Part shown: positions 22,386-32,474 of the stretch, piece by piece | Layout of the letters: the number at the start of each line of letters is the position of its first letter | Numbering within the stretch: position 1 is the first letter of the stretch | Assembly: GCA_023645945.1 (NCBI GenBank) | Contig: JALAIB010000078.1 | Span: forward strand, 1-35,123 | Direction of reading: 5' to 3' | Source of the DNA: Diploschistes diacapsis | Lineage: Eukaryota | DNA length: 35,123 nucleotides | Notes under the pieces: model-generated | Seen by the model: only the letters and a program-made list of their open reading frames with translations | Told to the model about the DNA's origin: nothing | Database searches by the model: none | Made by a program: the position numbers and the translations under genes

Positions 22386-25024
22386 ATGCTTTTCGTTCCC
22401 AAGTGTGTATTGCTCTGCGTGCTGTTTCGATTTTCTGCATTATCCCAATATGTCCCGTCAATAAGCAAAGAAACCACACAAATGGGTGTCAAGGCTGCTT
22501 CGAAAGCGAATTGCAACGTTACCGTTGGATTGAACCAAACCCTAACGCTATATAGTACGCCAGACTGCAGCGAAAAGGAGAGAAACTTGGCCCACCCAAT
22601 TACTACGCATCGACACCGGCAAACACGACTTTTCAAGCGATCAAAATGTCTCGCCAGGGCTCCGACAGCGAACAATTGCTCTTTTCTGCCCTTGGTCCTG
22701 CTGTGGGAACATATTGGCACGAGAGGAGCAATCCATTACAGGCCATGTATGGGAGTTACCCGTCGTACTGCGGTATAAACGAGTTAAATCTGACCTTCCA
22801 GAGCGTCAGCCCATTTACTCCCAAAAATACGAGCGACTTGCACTCAGCTTGTAGGCAACTCGACTATGGTGAGTGATTTCAAGTTGTTTGTTCAGATGCG
22901 ATTGAGCTGATGTGTAATGCGAATCCTAGACCTGCGTAATGATCCAGCTACAGGGTATGTGTCCGGACGACAGGGCAGGCTGGCCCGTCTTTCCCGATTG
23001 CAGCGACACCAATGCTTCCGCTACAAACTGCGCCACGCAATCCAGCATATACAACGCTATGAATTATCATGTTGTTGGTGGAACAGAAATTCAATCGTGG
23101 AATTCCTCCCAGGCCTGGCTTTGGCGTGCTGCGGACGAGATCCAAATTCTTGCTACCCTAGAAGCTCAAGAGATGCGGGCCTATGGAAGCACAAATACTA
23201 CGAACCTAAATACCACCACCATCGATACGAAAGTGATGCACGGCATTGACAAGCCACCGTCTGAGACGAGCTCCCCAGTTCAAGCTGAAGCAAGCCTCAC
23301 AGCTCAAGCTACTGCTTATGGAGCTAAAAGAGGCTCCATCAAAACGGCTCTAGCAGATACTGTACCCAATGGTCCCGGCGACCCAGATCCTGCAGGCAAT
23401 AACCCCACATTTGATGACTCTGCAAACGATGATGCTACAGACAATCATCTCATAGAGCCAATCATTGACGTCGTAGTGAGCCTCTACAATCTTACTAACG
23501 AGCAAGGCAGCTCTCAAGAAACCAGCTCCGTAGCCATGCAAGCCCAGGATATCCCCAGTGTCACCTCAAGTTTCCCGCACCCTAAGTGTGATGACCATCC
23601 TCATCACCCCAGGAGTTTAAGCATGCGCTCGATCTCTGGGACTCCAACAAGCGTCAGTGTGACGCCGCTGGATGATCCGGGCCACACTTTCACTCCGCCA
23701 CCTGGCCTTGACATCAGACAGCCCCAACAGACCAGCCGGACCTCTCATCACTGAAGAACCGTACACGACTCTGTCGCTCCTAAGCAAGAAACCTCCGCCG
23801 TGGGGGCCCAAAATTCACATCAGAGAGCCTGGTGGCAGACCAGCCGGATCCCTTATCACTGACGAACCATACACAACCCCACCGTTCCCAAGCACTCGAC
23901 CTCCGCCATGGGGACCTAACATTCACATCAGGCATGCCGATCCCATGAGTCTGCCTTCGGCCAATGATTCCGCTGATTGGGGAGGTAGTTGTTCCACCAC
24001 TTGCAGAGGAACTTGAGACTATCATGAAAGACGCCTTGTCTTCTCTGCCCGCGGCTATAGAGTCGCGGATGGGTATGCAAGCCTGGCAGGTGACCTCTGC
24101 TCCCAACGCTACGTCCGTCTCGGCACCGCCGAATTCATAGACCACAGCTTCTGCGCTTTCCACATGGACACAATCTCCGGCCTGGGCGACAGCTTCGAAA
24201 TGGATTTCGGAGTCTTCGTGGGTCTCTTCTTCCACGCGGTCAGCGTGGGCACCGTCTTCTACATGGGACAGCTGGGATCCTTCCTCTGCAGCATGGAATA
24301 AGTGGGCCGAGGCTTCCTCCTGGACTTCATCAGATGCTTGGGCTCCCTCGTCCACCTGGGCTTCGTCCCCTACGTACAACTTGACGGCTTCCACATACTG
24401 GACCACAAAGGGAGCCTCTTCCCGCCAACCCCTCCTACACCTCCACCGCCAACGCCAACGCCGTCGGCGCCTCGTCCCCTTCCTTCGCCAACGCCTCCGT
24501 AGCCAGTGCAAGCCCATCAAGCCACCTCCTCTACAGACTCCGGCACGACAAGCACCGACACCATCACCATCACCGTCACAAGGACAAGCAGCACCACCGC
24601 CCCCCTCATAGCCGCCGCTTCCGCGACTTCTACAGCCACAGGAGACCCCGACGATGGCGAGATAAGCCACAACCTCATCTCCGAAAGAATGTGCGCTCGC
24701 CGCCGACTCGTCCTGCCACAAGCGCAACAAAAAGGCAGGAAGGAAACAACAACCTAGCACACAGAGCGGGCCAAGGTCAAAGGCAAGAAAGAACTGCGAT
24801 CCAGCCACGGACTCGGGGTTGTGCCGCTCAGCCTCCACGCCCGAGCAGAGGGACGCCACGGTCCTGGGAGGATCCACGGACCCACCGGAACCGGCCCGGC
24901 GGCAACCTCGCCAACGCAGAGTGTCCGCCGGGCTCGGACTTTGGCGTGTGTGAAGGGGACGAACGAGAGGAACGAGACGGTGGCGGAGATGGTGGTGCCG
25001 GATGACGAGGGGCATGGGCCTTGA
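22386..25024 (+). pseudogene. Disrupted gene for a secreted, S/T-rich repeat protein of roughly 830 codons
   Basis: Signal-peptide-like start MLFVPKCVLLCVLFRFSALS; two well-formed introns (22747-22801, 22869-22929). Protein-like text is continuous only with a -1 shift near 22576, +1 shifts near 23725, 23960, 24423, 24520, 24686, 24897 and 24958, and read-through of TAG 24138-24140. Confidence 0.65.
23711..23932 (+). repeat. 108-nt (36-codon) tandem duplication inside the disrupted gene
   Basis: cagaccagccgga starts at 23728 and 23836; acatcag starts at 23711, 23817 and 23925. Copies read RPAGPLITEEPYTT...PPPWGPKIHIR and RPAGSLITDEPYTT...PPPWGPNIHIR. Confidence 0.9.
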
Positions 25025-25524
25025 GCGTAGAGTAGGGAGTTTTGTTGTTAGGGTTGGGATTGGGAGTGGTGCAGAGGTGTTCAGTGCAGCGGAATGTCAA
25101 GTATTTACTCGGCGCTATGTGATACAGTTGGGTCCAATCATGACTATACCAATAAAAGCGGTTTCGGGTGGATTGGCATTGGCCTGTGGATTATCTCTTG
25201 CAGCGAGAGAATTTTCTCAACCTTCAGTGAGATCCTCCAGGGCGCCTTTTCATAGCAGACTGCAGCCACCGAAGCAAGAACATGGCGGGTATTGCAGTCA
25301 TGTTATGTACGAAGGAACCGTATAAATAGCGGTTACGACCGACCAACCAACCATGATAGCCATTGCCCCCAGGCAACTGTCACAGCAACAAAAAAGCCCC
25401 GATGCCCAAACCCCATGGTGCGTATACAATGGATACATAAATATATGAAAAGATATCCCGCCCGTATCTGTGCCCGTCCCCAAGTGATCGCTGGAGCTGG
25501 CTCTTCAGAAGGCGGAGGTCATCT

Positions 25525-25607
25525 TCGGCCTGATCGAATTCAGATGTAGAAGTGCCCACCGTCCTCGATCATGGGCACAAAGCTCGAGGAGGTTTTGATC
25601 GTGCCGG
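25525..25607 (+). ncRNA. Candidate structured RNA element: H-type pseudoknot enclosed by a long stem
   Basis: GTGCCCA(25552-58)/TGGGCAC(25572-78) interleaves with TCCTCGA(25562-68)/TCGAGGA(25584-90). Outer stem 25525-25538 with 25594-25607 pairs 13 of 14 positions, with G-U pairs valid only on the + strand. Confidence 0.35.
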
Positions 25608-26044
25608 TTGCTGCGCGAGGCGTGTGAGACGGGTGAAGGGGAGGTGGAATGAGGGGGTGCAGATATGGGATTGAGGTATGCTTTGAACTTGTAAGGGGGT
25701 ATTAGAGGGGTGACTGGTGGTTGCGGGAAGATGAAATAATAGATTGCAAACGGTTGTTGGGTGATGAAGGAGGGAAAATATGGTTTGGTGGTAGGTATAA
25801 TGAGTACGGCCGAAGGCGCAAGCAACATAGAACACAGCTCTTCGGACCGTCGTTTTAGAGCGCCAGAGGCGCTATGTATTGTCCGTAAACACAGCTACGT
25901 ATCCTCTTGAAGTGTGTTGTCATTTCCACATCGATAGGCGTGGTAGTGAAGCCGTCACCTCATCCAAGCAAAAATCTGCATGCTCATGAGCCCATCAGCC
26001 CATCTGCTCTTCCCGAAATACCGAGAAAACTCACCGGCCCAGAT

Positions 26045-26543
26045 CTACCGATTCGCGCTCCAAACCCCCTTCAACAATCCATCTCTCTGCGCCAGGCGAT
26101 TCATAGTGTCATCGCTTTTGGAAAAACGTTAGCTACCCACTCTACCAATCTACTAAGCCCCATGTCGGCAACACATACCTTTCGCCCATAGCTCTCACGA
26201 ACCCGCAAAGCCTACAGAGTCCCAGTCAGTCCTTCCTTCCACCAGAACCACCGAAGCCGGGTTCAGAGGGCTCACGCGTAGGTCTGGTTCTCGCCTGTGT
26301 ATCTGCCCTGGTCGTCGACCTTGCCTAATTTCCGTGAGCCCTTGAGGAGTTTTATGTGAAAGTTGAAACAACGTACCGATGCTGATTTGCACGGAGGCAT
26401 GGTCCTTGGCTTTGATGATTCGGTTGGTGCCTGAGCATTTGCGTGGGACATAGAGGTCCACGACTTCGCTGGATAAAGTTAGCGCTTTGAAGAAAAACAG
26501 AGGATTTGGGAAAAGAATATATATACCCTCTATCGTTCTCCAT
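26045..26543 (-). CDS. RPS21: 40S ribosomal protein S21 (eS21); exons 26543-26527, 26468-26377, 26324-26276, 26211-26179, 26114-26045
   Basis: Spliced product [86 protein letters not shown]. Confidence 0.97.
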
Positions 26544-27047
26544 TTTGAGGGTTAGGGTGGAAGATGGAAGGCTCGGTGGATTTGCAATTTGGCTCCAGGT
26601 GTAAGTTGACGGAGCTCACAGAAATTGGCGGAAGTTGTTGGGTGGTGAGATGCCAAGAAAATAAGCGAGGTCGTCATTATACATGTACGAAGAAGAACGA
26701 GGAGTTTCACTGCAAACCCCGAGTGTATTTCGAAACAAAATAGAACAAGCATGATGAGCTTTGCCTGGACTCCAAAGGAGACATTTCATTTTTGTAGTGA
26801 TGGCTCTTGTTATAGCGAGCGACTGTCTTATCAAATAGCAAAGGCATGCGCCCCATATCTACCAACACCTTTATGTACTAGTATCAAACCCTGGGTATCT
26901 TAAAGTAAAGAGCGTATAGAGCCTCACAGACGCATGCTTAGAACTCCAATGTATGCAAGAACTCAACTATCCATGTTAATGCAAATGTTTGTTATACTTC
27001 GGCGCATCATCCCCTGCTTCACTTTCCCAATATACCTCCTCTTTCAC

Positions 27048-28649
27048 TTAATGAGTGTACTTCTTGTTGAACCTGGCTGATCGACGCTTCGAACGTGTGG
27101 TCACACGGAGAGCCAGCGCTTCCTCAAGAGGTTCCTCAACCAGATCGGTAGAGCGCTTCAGCTTAGGCTGCTCTTGGGGTTCCTGTTCTGCGAAGATCAA
27201 CGAGCGCTTTTGCACACCAGACGGCTTGCATGGTTGAGAAGGTGCGGCGGCGCTGCTCTGAGTCGCCGCAGCCTCTGCTGGTGCGCTTGATGCCGATGCA
27301 GCTCCCACCGGTGCAGTTTCTTCTGGAGCCACGGCACCTGCCGATCCAGAAGCGGAAGCTTCGGACAAAAGAGCTGCTGTCGAGGCAACGGCAGCTGGAG
27401 CGACGGATGCTGTTGCCACGGGGCTGTTGGTGAAGACGGTGACGGTTACAATCGAGACCGACAAGGCAGGAGCACCAGATGCAGGAGCAGTTGGTAGAGC
27501 AGCTGCTGAGGTGGTGGCAACTGAAGGAGCGGCGGCACAAGCGGCGGAAGAAGTCGCTGCGGACATGGTACCAGTCGGCACGGGGTTAATGACGAGGCTA
27601 GTTCCAGCGGCTACTTGCGTGGTTGGCTGCGTCTGAGCGCCTGCGGGCGTGGTGACTGGAGGAACAGCTGCAGCCTGTGTTGTTTGACCCGGGGCAACAG
27701 GCGCAGAAGAAGCGGCGGCAGTGGCTGGGCCTGGAGCAGCGCCGGGTGCGAAACCATTCACGGCTGAAGTCTGTGCAAAAAAGTTGGTACCTTGGGCCAT
27801 TTGGTTGACTGCTGCAGGAACACCTGCTCCTTGAATGTCGGAATTCGGAACGTACTTGATCGGAGCAGCTGCGACCTTTGAATTTGATGAGCCATTAACA
27901 ACATCAACATCCATACAAGTAGTATAGGTTTGGTTCATGCCGTTAGGCTGTCCAGCGGTGCCCACGCTAGTTGGCCAATCCCAGACCCAATAGAGCGCCA
28001 AAGGCTTGCCCGACTGGGCGTCACTTGGAATCGCTAGGTCTGTTTGACACCACAGATTTCCACCTTCGGGAAGTGTAGCCTCAATAATGTTGAACTCTTT
28101 TTGACGTGTCGTAGATATAGTTCCGTCGTTCTTTTGATAACATTGGCCGTCATCGAAGTTCTGGGTTGTCAACAACTTCCCGCGCTTATCCCCGCCAGTT
28201 CCATCAGCATTCCAAATCTTGTGTATACTGTAGAAAGTCTCGTTCTCGTGAGGTTGATCGGTGACATAGACATATACAGTTCCGCGGTTCGCTGGCTTTC
28301 CTGGTACGTTCTGAGGGAGCGTGACGTGACCGTTTTCTTGGTAGAGTAGGGCAATCATGCTTCCTACAGAGGCTTGGAGGCGGGGGGCTCCGGGGGTTTG
28401 AGGCAAACCGCCCTGTTGGGTGCCCATACACATTGAGGGGTTTGCTCCATTCTGTTCTACCTGGTAGGCCATGGTTTTGTCGTTGAATCCGGGTGCGCTG
28501 CGATTGAAGTAGCCTCTAGGATAGCCTGGGTCTCCCATAAATGTACCGTTGTTGGCAACGTTCCTCAGCATCTCAACCCAGGAGTGAGCGCTTGCTTGCT
28601 TGACAAGAAAGGTGGAGGCCGCCAAGGCCGTAAGAAATGAGGTGTGCAT
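27048..28649 (-). CDS. Secreted protein: signal peptide, His1-initiated globular domain (LPMO-like motifs), A/S/T/P-rich stalk and basic tail
   Basis: ATG at 28649 (the ORF-track start is a TTG). MHTSFLTALAASTFLVKQASA|HSWVE; YQENGHVT; TQNFDDGQCYQ; LYWVWDWPT; YTTCMDVDV; tail RSKRRSARF. Confidence 0.85.
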   Translation of the reverse strand: MHTSFLTALAASTFLVKQASAHSWVEMLRNVANNGTFMGDPGYPRGYFNRSAPGFNDKTMAYQVEQNGANPSMCMGTQQGGLPQTPGAPRLQASVGSMIALLYQENGHVTLPQNVPGKPANRGTVYVYVTDQPHENETFYSIHKIWNADGTGGDKRGKLLTTQNFDDGQCYQKNDGTISTTRQKEFNIIEATLPEGGNLWCQTDLAIPSDAQSGKPLALYWVWDWPTSVGTAGQPNGMNQTYTTCMDVDVVNGSSNSKVAAAPIKYVPNSDIQGAGVPAAVNQMAQGTNFFAQTSAVNGFAPGAAPGPATAAASSAPVAPGQTTQAAAVPPVTTPAGAQTQPTTQVAAGTSLVINPVPTGTMSAATSSAACAAAPSVATTSAAALPTAPASGAPALSVSIVTVTVFTNSPVATASVAPAAVASTAALLSEASASGSAGAVAPEETAPVGAASASSAPAEAAATQSSAAAPSQPCKPSGVQKRSLIFAEQEPQEQPKLKRSTDLVEEPLEEALALRVTTRSKRRSARFNKKYTH

Positions 28650-29708
28650 GATGCACAAACAGAATGGTGTGGATTTGCTGAATAGGCGTTCAAGAACCCG
28701 CTTGATTGCGTACTCGAAGCTGATGAGGAACGAGCGATCACCCAGAGTATTTGCAAGTTAGTATGTTGGCAAGAGGATAGTCTCAGAAATAGCAGAGAAC
28801 TAGGAAGATGAAATAGACCAGCTGAATCAGTCTCTTGGTGGAATAAGAAATTAGAAGCAAGCCTTGTTCGTGTCCAGCAGCAACAAAGAGAGATAAAGAA
28901 GTGAAGATTTGAAGCGAGTAGAAGCTCAAGAAAATGTCATTGACAATGCCTGCGTGACAAAGACACAACGGACAATAGTCCTGTGCGCATCAACATAACG
29001 ACACAGCACACAATCGAATAGAGCAGAATAGGATTATCAACAGAAGAAGAACAATGGACAGAAGGGAGTCAAAAAGAGATGTACAAGTATTGAGTCAGAC
29101 TATAGGATGGCGAAAAAGTCGGCGCGAGCGGACAGAAAGCAGAAATCTTGGACATGTGGGAAAGGATTTGGTGATGAACTCTTGCCATACCAATCAAAGG
29201 CATTGAGGCCCGATGCTGCAAGACACAGAGACTTTGCATGTCGTTTCATCAGGGTCTGCCAGACATGAGATGGTATGGCAAGTAGGAAGAACTCAAGTGC
29301 CCCGTATATAGCACTATACGAACCTCTATTGTGGGGACGTCTGGCAGCAGGGCATGTGTAATCTACTGGTTGGACAGAGGACAACATAAGTTCAGGATGC
29401 CAGGTCAATTTCGCAGTTATTGTGGTATGCATTGAGCACCACTGTTCATAGATATCTGTTTCACCGCTGCCATGGAAGAGAATTGAAGCAAAAAATGTGT
29501 GGAGGAGAGAGTTCGCAGACGAGGTTTAAGAGCGCTTCGATTGTTTCAGATTTGTCGCGCTGTGATTGGCCAACTTCAACGGCACGTCTCCTCATTACCG
29601 CCCACGCTATCCAAACCCATCCACTACTACAGCTCTTGCTTCAGCGGAAAACACAGCTACTGGGCCTGAATAAATCGTTTATACTCGAACCAGCGACCCA
29701 AGCCCAAG

Positions 29709-30680
29709 ATGAATACCGTGTCGAAGTATCACGGACCAAAGGATAGTCCATTCGCGTATAAAAGACTGAATGACACTACCTTTGTGATTATCGAAGATGA
29801 CCGCTTCAAAGAAAAGCCCTTGATATACGCGAAAGTATGCCGCGATCACAATGTGCTCGTACTGACAGATACCGGCTGTGGTGGCAACCCTAATGGGAAA
29901 TTCAATACTTTACGCACCTTTGTGGAAACGTTCCCAATCCCAGAAAATGACCATCTCCCTCTCAATCCTCCTGGCAAAGACGGCCAGGTGACCCTTAAGT
30001 ACGTGATCGTTCTGACTCACTGCCACTACGACCACATCCTCGGTGTACCAGAATTTCTTGACTCCAAGCCAATAACTATTGCTTCGGCTCATGGAAAGGA
30101 GTTTGTGGATTCGGATCTCCCCAGTCACTCGCTGTGCAAATTCCTAGATATTGAAACTCCAAACTATACGGTGTCAGATTGGGCGGCAGACTCTGAGTGG
30201 GTAGTGCAGGGAAGAATTCTGATCCTTCAAACACCAGGGCATACTCCGGACGAGCTAGCGTGGTATGATCCAGAGGAACGACATCTGTATGTCGGAGACT
30301 CCTTCAACGACAGGCTGTCCGAAGACGGTACGTATGCGCAACCCATCATGTTTCCGGAAGACGGAAACTTGGTGGATTTCATGGCTTCGCTCGTGAAGAT
30401 GCAGCAATTCGTAAGGAGCAAGAACGAGGACGCCGGTAAAGCACGCATTAAGGTAGGTTGTGGGCATACCACGTCGTCAAAAGATGCCGCAAACAATCTC
30501 GATGAAGTACATGCGTTTTTCGAGGATGTCATCAAAGGCAAAGTACCTGTCAAGCACTCTATTGAAAAGCGAGGCTTGACGTTTCATCTATGGCAAGAAG
30601 GGGGGGCTCCAAGGTTTTCGGTGGAGGCACCACGAATTCTCGTAGAGCATGCTAGGAAGCATTTCGGATTTTCGACGTAA
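29709..30680 (+). CDS. Metallo-beta-lactamase-fold hydrolase
   Basis: DTG, THCHYDH (HxHxDH), TPGHTPD, YVGDS and GCGH metal-binding motifs in a single 323-aa ORF. Confidence 0.9.
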   Translation: MNTVSKYHGPKDSPFAYKRLNDTTFVIIEDDRFKEKPLIYAKVCRDHNVLVLTDTGCGGNPNGKFNTLRTFVETFPIPENDHLPLNPPGKDGQVTLKYVIVLTHCHYDHILGVPEFLDSKPITIASAHGKEFVDSDLPSHSLCKFLDIETPNYTVSDWAADSEWVVQGRILILQTPGHTPDELAWYDPEERHLYVGDSFNDRLSEDGTYAQPIMFPEDGNLVDFMASLVKMQQFVRSKNEDAGKARIKVGCGHTTSSKDAANNLDEVHAFFEDVIKGKVPVKHSIEKRGLTFHLWQEGGAPRFSVEAPRILVEHARKHFGFST

Positions 30681-31161
30681 AGTAGTGATGGGGGAGTGGT
30701 ACTACAGGAGTAGTTCGTCTCATGAGCCTCGCTGACAACATCTTTTTGGCGAGAGATCACAGGTCTCCACAAGATAGATATGCCAAAGTCAACAAGCGCT
30801 CAAACCAATTAAGAGACCTCGCAAGTTCAGTCAGGCCCATCAACATGTGGGTTATGAAGAATCATCTAGTGATCGCATACTATCCCTTCCGTCGGATCTG
30901 CATTAACTCCATATGGTAATATTGACATCAAAGGCATGACAGCCTTCAGGATAATTCGAGCGTTAGCGTACCAAAAGAACATTAGCCTCAACCCCCACAG
31001 TGAGCAGAAGGGTGCGCTAGTTGCCCGACCGCGTCAAAAGCTGCACTTGATTGAAACAAAAAACATCACTTAATGAAAAACACAGCTCTCTTTCAGTCTT
31101 TCCCAGGCCTCCTAAACCCGGTTCAACTCTTTATTTCTTGACAAATCAACCACTTCGCAAA

Positions 31162-32012
31162 ATGAATTCATCTCATCCCGAGTTCGTTCCCGCCCTAATC
31201 GTCGTCGACATGCAAGAAGACTTCTGCCCCCCGGTACGCACTCCCTCAAGAAACCCAAAACCCACTTCGTTCCCAGTCCATCCCACATTCCACTTACCCC
31301 AATCCCCTAGAACGGCGCCCTCCCGACCCCTGGCGCCCGCGCCCTCGCCCCCACCATCAACAGCCTCCTGCACCTCCCCTTCGCCGTGAAAGCCGGCACA
31401 CAAGACTGGCACCCCTCAAACCACATCTCCTTCGCGACACAGCACTCAGCCCCACACAACAAGCTTCTCACCCGGATCCCCTGCGCCAACCCCGCCAACC
31501 CGGCGGAAACCGTACCCCTGCTCCTCTGCGCGGAACACTGCATCGCCCGCACGCCCGGCGCGCTGCTCATCCCGGAGTTGGAGGCCGAGAAGTTCGATAT
31601 CGTCATCCGGAAGGGCATGGATGCGCGCACGGAGATGTTCAGCGGCTTCGCGGACGCGTTTGGGCGGCGCGCGCGGGACTACTACGGGGGGGGCGGCGAC
31701 GGGAACGGAGACGGGGTAGCCGTCGCGAACATAGATCTAGCGGACTATCTGTCGGAGCGGGGCGTGACGGACGTGTACGTGTGCGGGGTGACGGGGGACT
31801 GCTGCGTCAAGTGCACGGCGGTGGACGGGGCGCGGTTGGGGTTCCGGACCTGGGTGGTTGAGGATGCGTGCGCGACGGAGGAGGAAGGAACGGCGGTTTG
31901 GGGGTGGAGGGAGGCGAGGAGGGTGATGGAGGAGGCTGGGGTGAGAGTTGTGGGAAGTGGGGATTTGGTGGGTAGGTTTGGAGGTAGGGGGTGGAATAGA
32001 GCCCTCACGTGA
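31162..32012 (+). CDS. PNC1: Nicotinamidase/pyrazinamidase (isochorismatase family); exons 31162-31233, 31311-32012
   Basis: ALIVVDMQEDFCPPNG, TQDWHPSNHISFA, HC...TPGA, IRKG...EMFSGF and GVTGDCCVKCTA retain the D-K-C triad and D/H/H metal ligands. Confidence 0.85.
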
Positions 32013-32474
32013 GCCCGAATGTGACTAAGCGGCTCGATTTTTCGGTAAGCGGGCTCGGCAGGGGCGTGCACAGGCACCTCGAGACCTTTTGTCTTCAAGT
32101 CCACTTCAGTCGAGGTAGGGCTTCCATAGACCAATTCAATTGCTTTAAAGGTTCATCACATGTTTAGTTATCTTTAGATAGACCTGAAGTGGATTGCTCA
32201 ATCAAGAATCATGAGAAACATGCATGCAACAACCGTGCCAAAAGTCAATGGGCGGCACAGGCCCACCTTCAGATCGGGAAGGATGCTTATTTACTTATGG
32301 CGTAAACTTAATCACCACGGTGACGGAATCGGCATCTCAAGCCCAGCTCCAGCTAGTCGCATAAAGCTTCTTTACCTTATTGCGACTCCCCAACCCATTC
32401 GCATTCCTTTCGCTCACTATCTTCCACCCTTCCATCATCTAGAGTATCTCTCTACACTTGCACACAAACTCGAT

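Noticed and set aside
23780..25015. 411-aa minus-strand ORF staying open across most of the + strand frameshifts
   Set aside because: Patchwork composition (R/W runs, G/C runs) mirrors the + strand text. The synonymous pattern in the repeat, the signal peptide and the introns all favour the + strand.
25552..25600. HDV-like ribozyme or box C/D snoRNA reading of the structured element
   Set aside because: There is no P3', P1.1 GG or P4 in the required order. The CTGA boxes on the minus strand lack a good C box and any rRNA guide I could identify.
25505..25835. Small minus-strand ORFs or a spliced micro-peptide downstream of RPS21
   Set aside because: Would need weak donors (GTACTC, GCATAC) and gives no recognisable peptide.
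25048..26558. Two isolated TTAGGG-type motifs (near 25048 and 26550) as telomerase template, telomere relic or telobox
   Set aside because: Single copies in G-rich sequence with no supporting structure; expected by chance.
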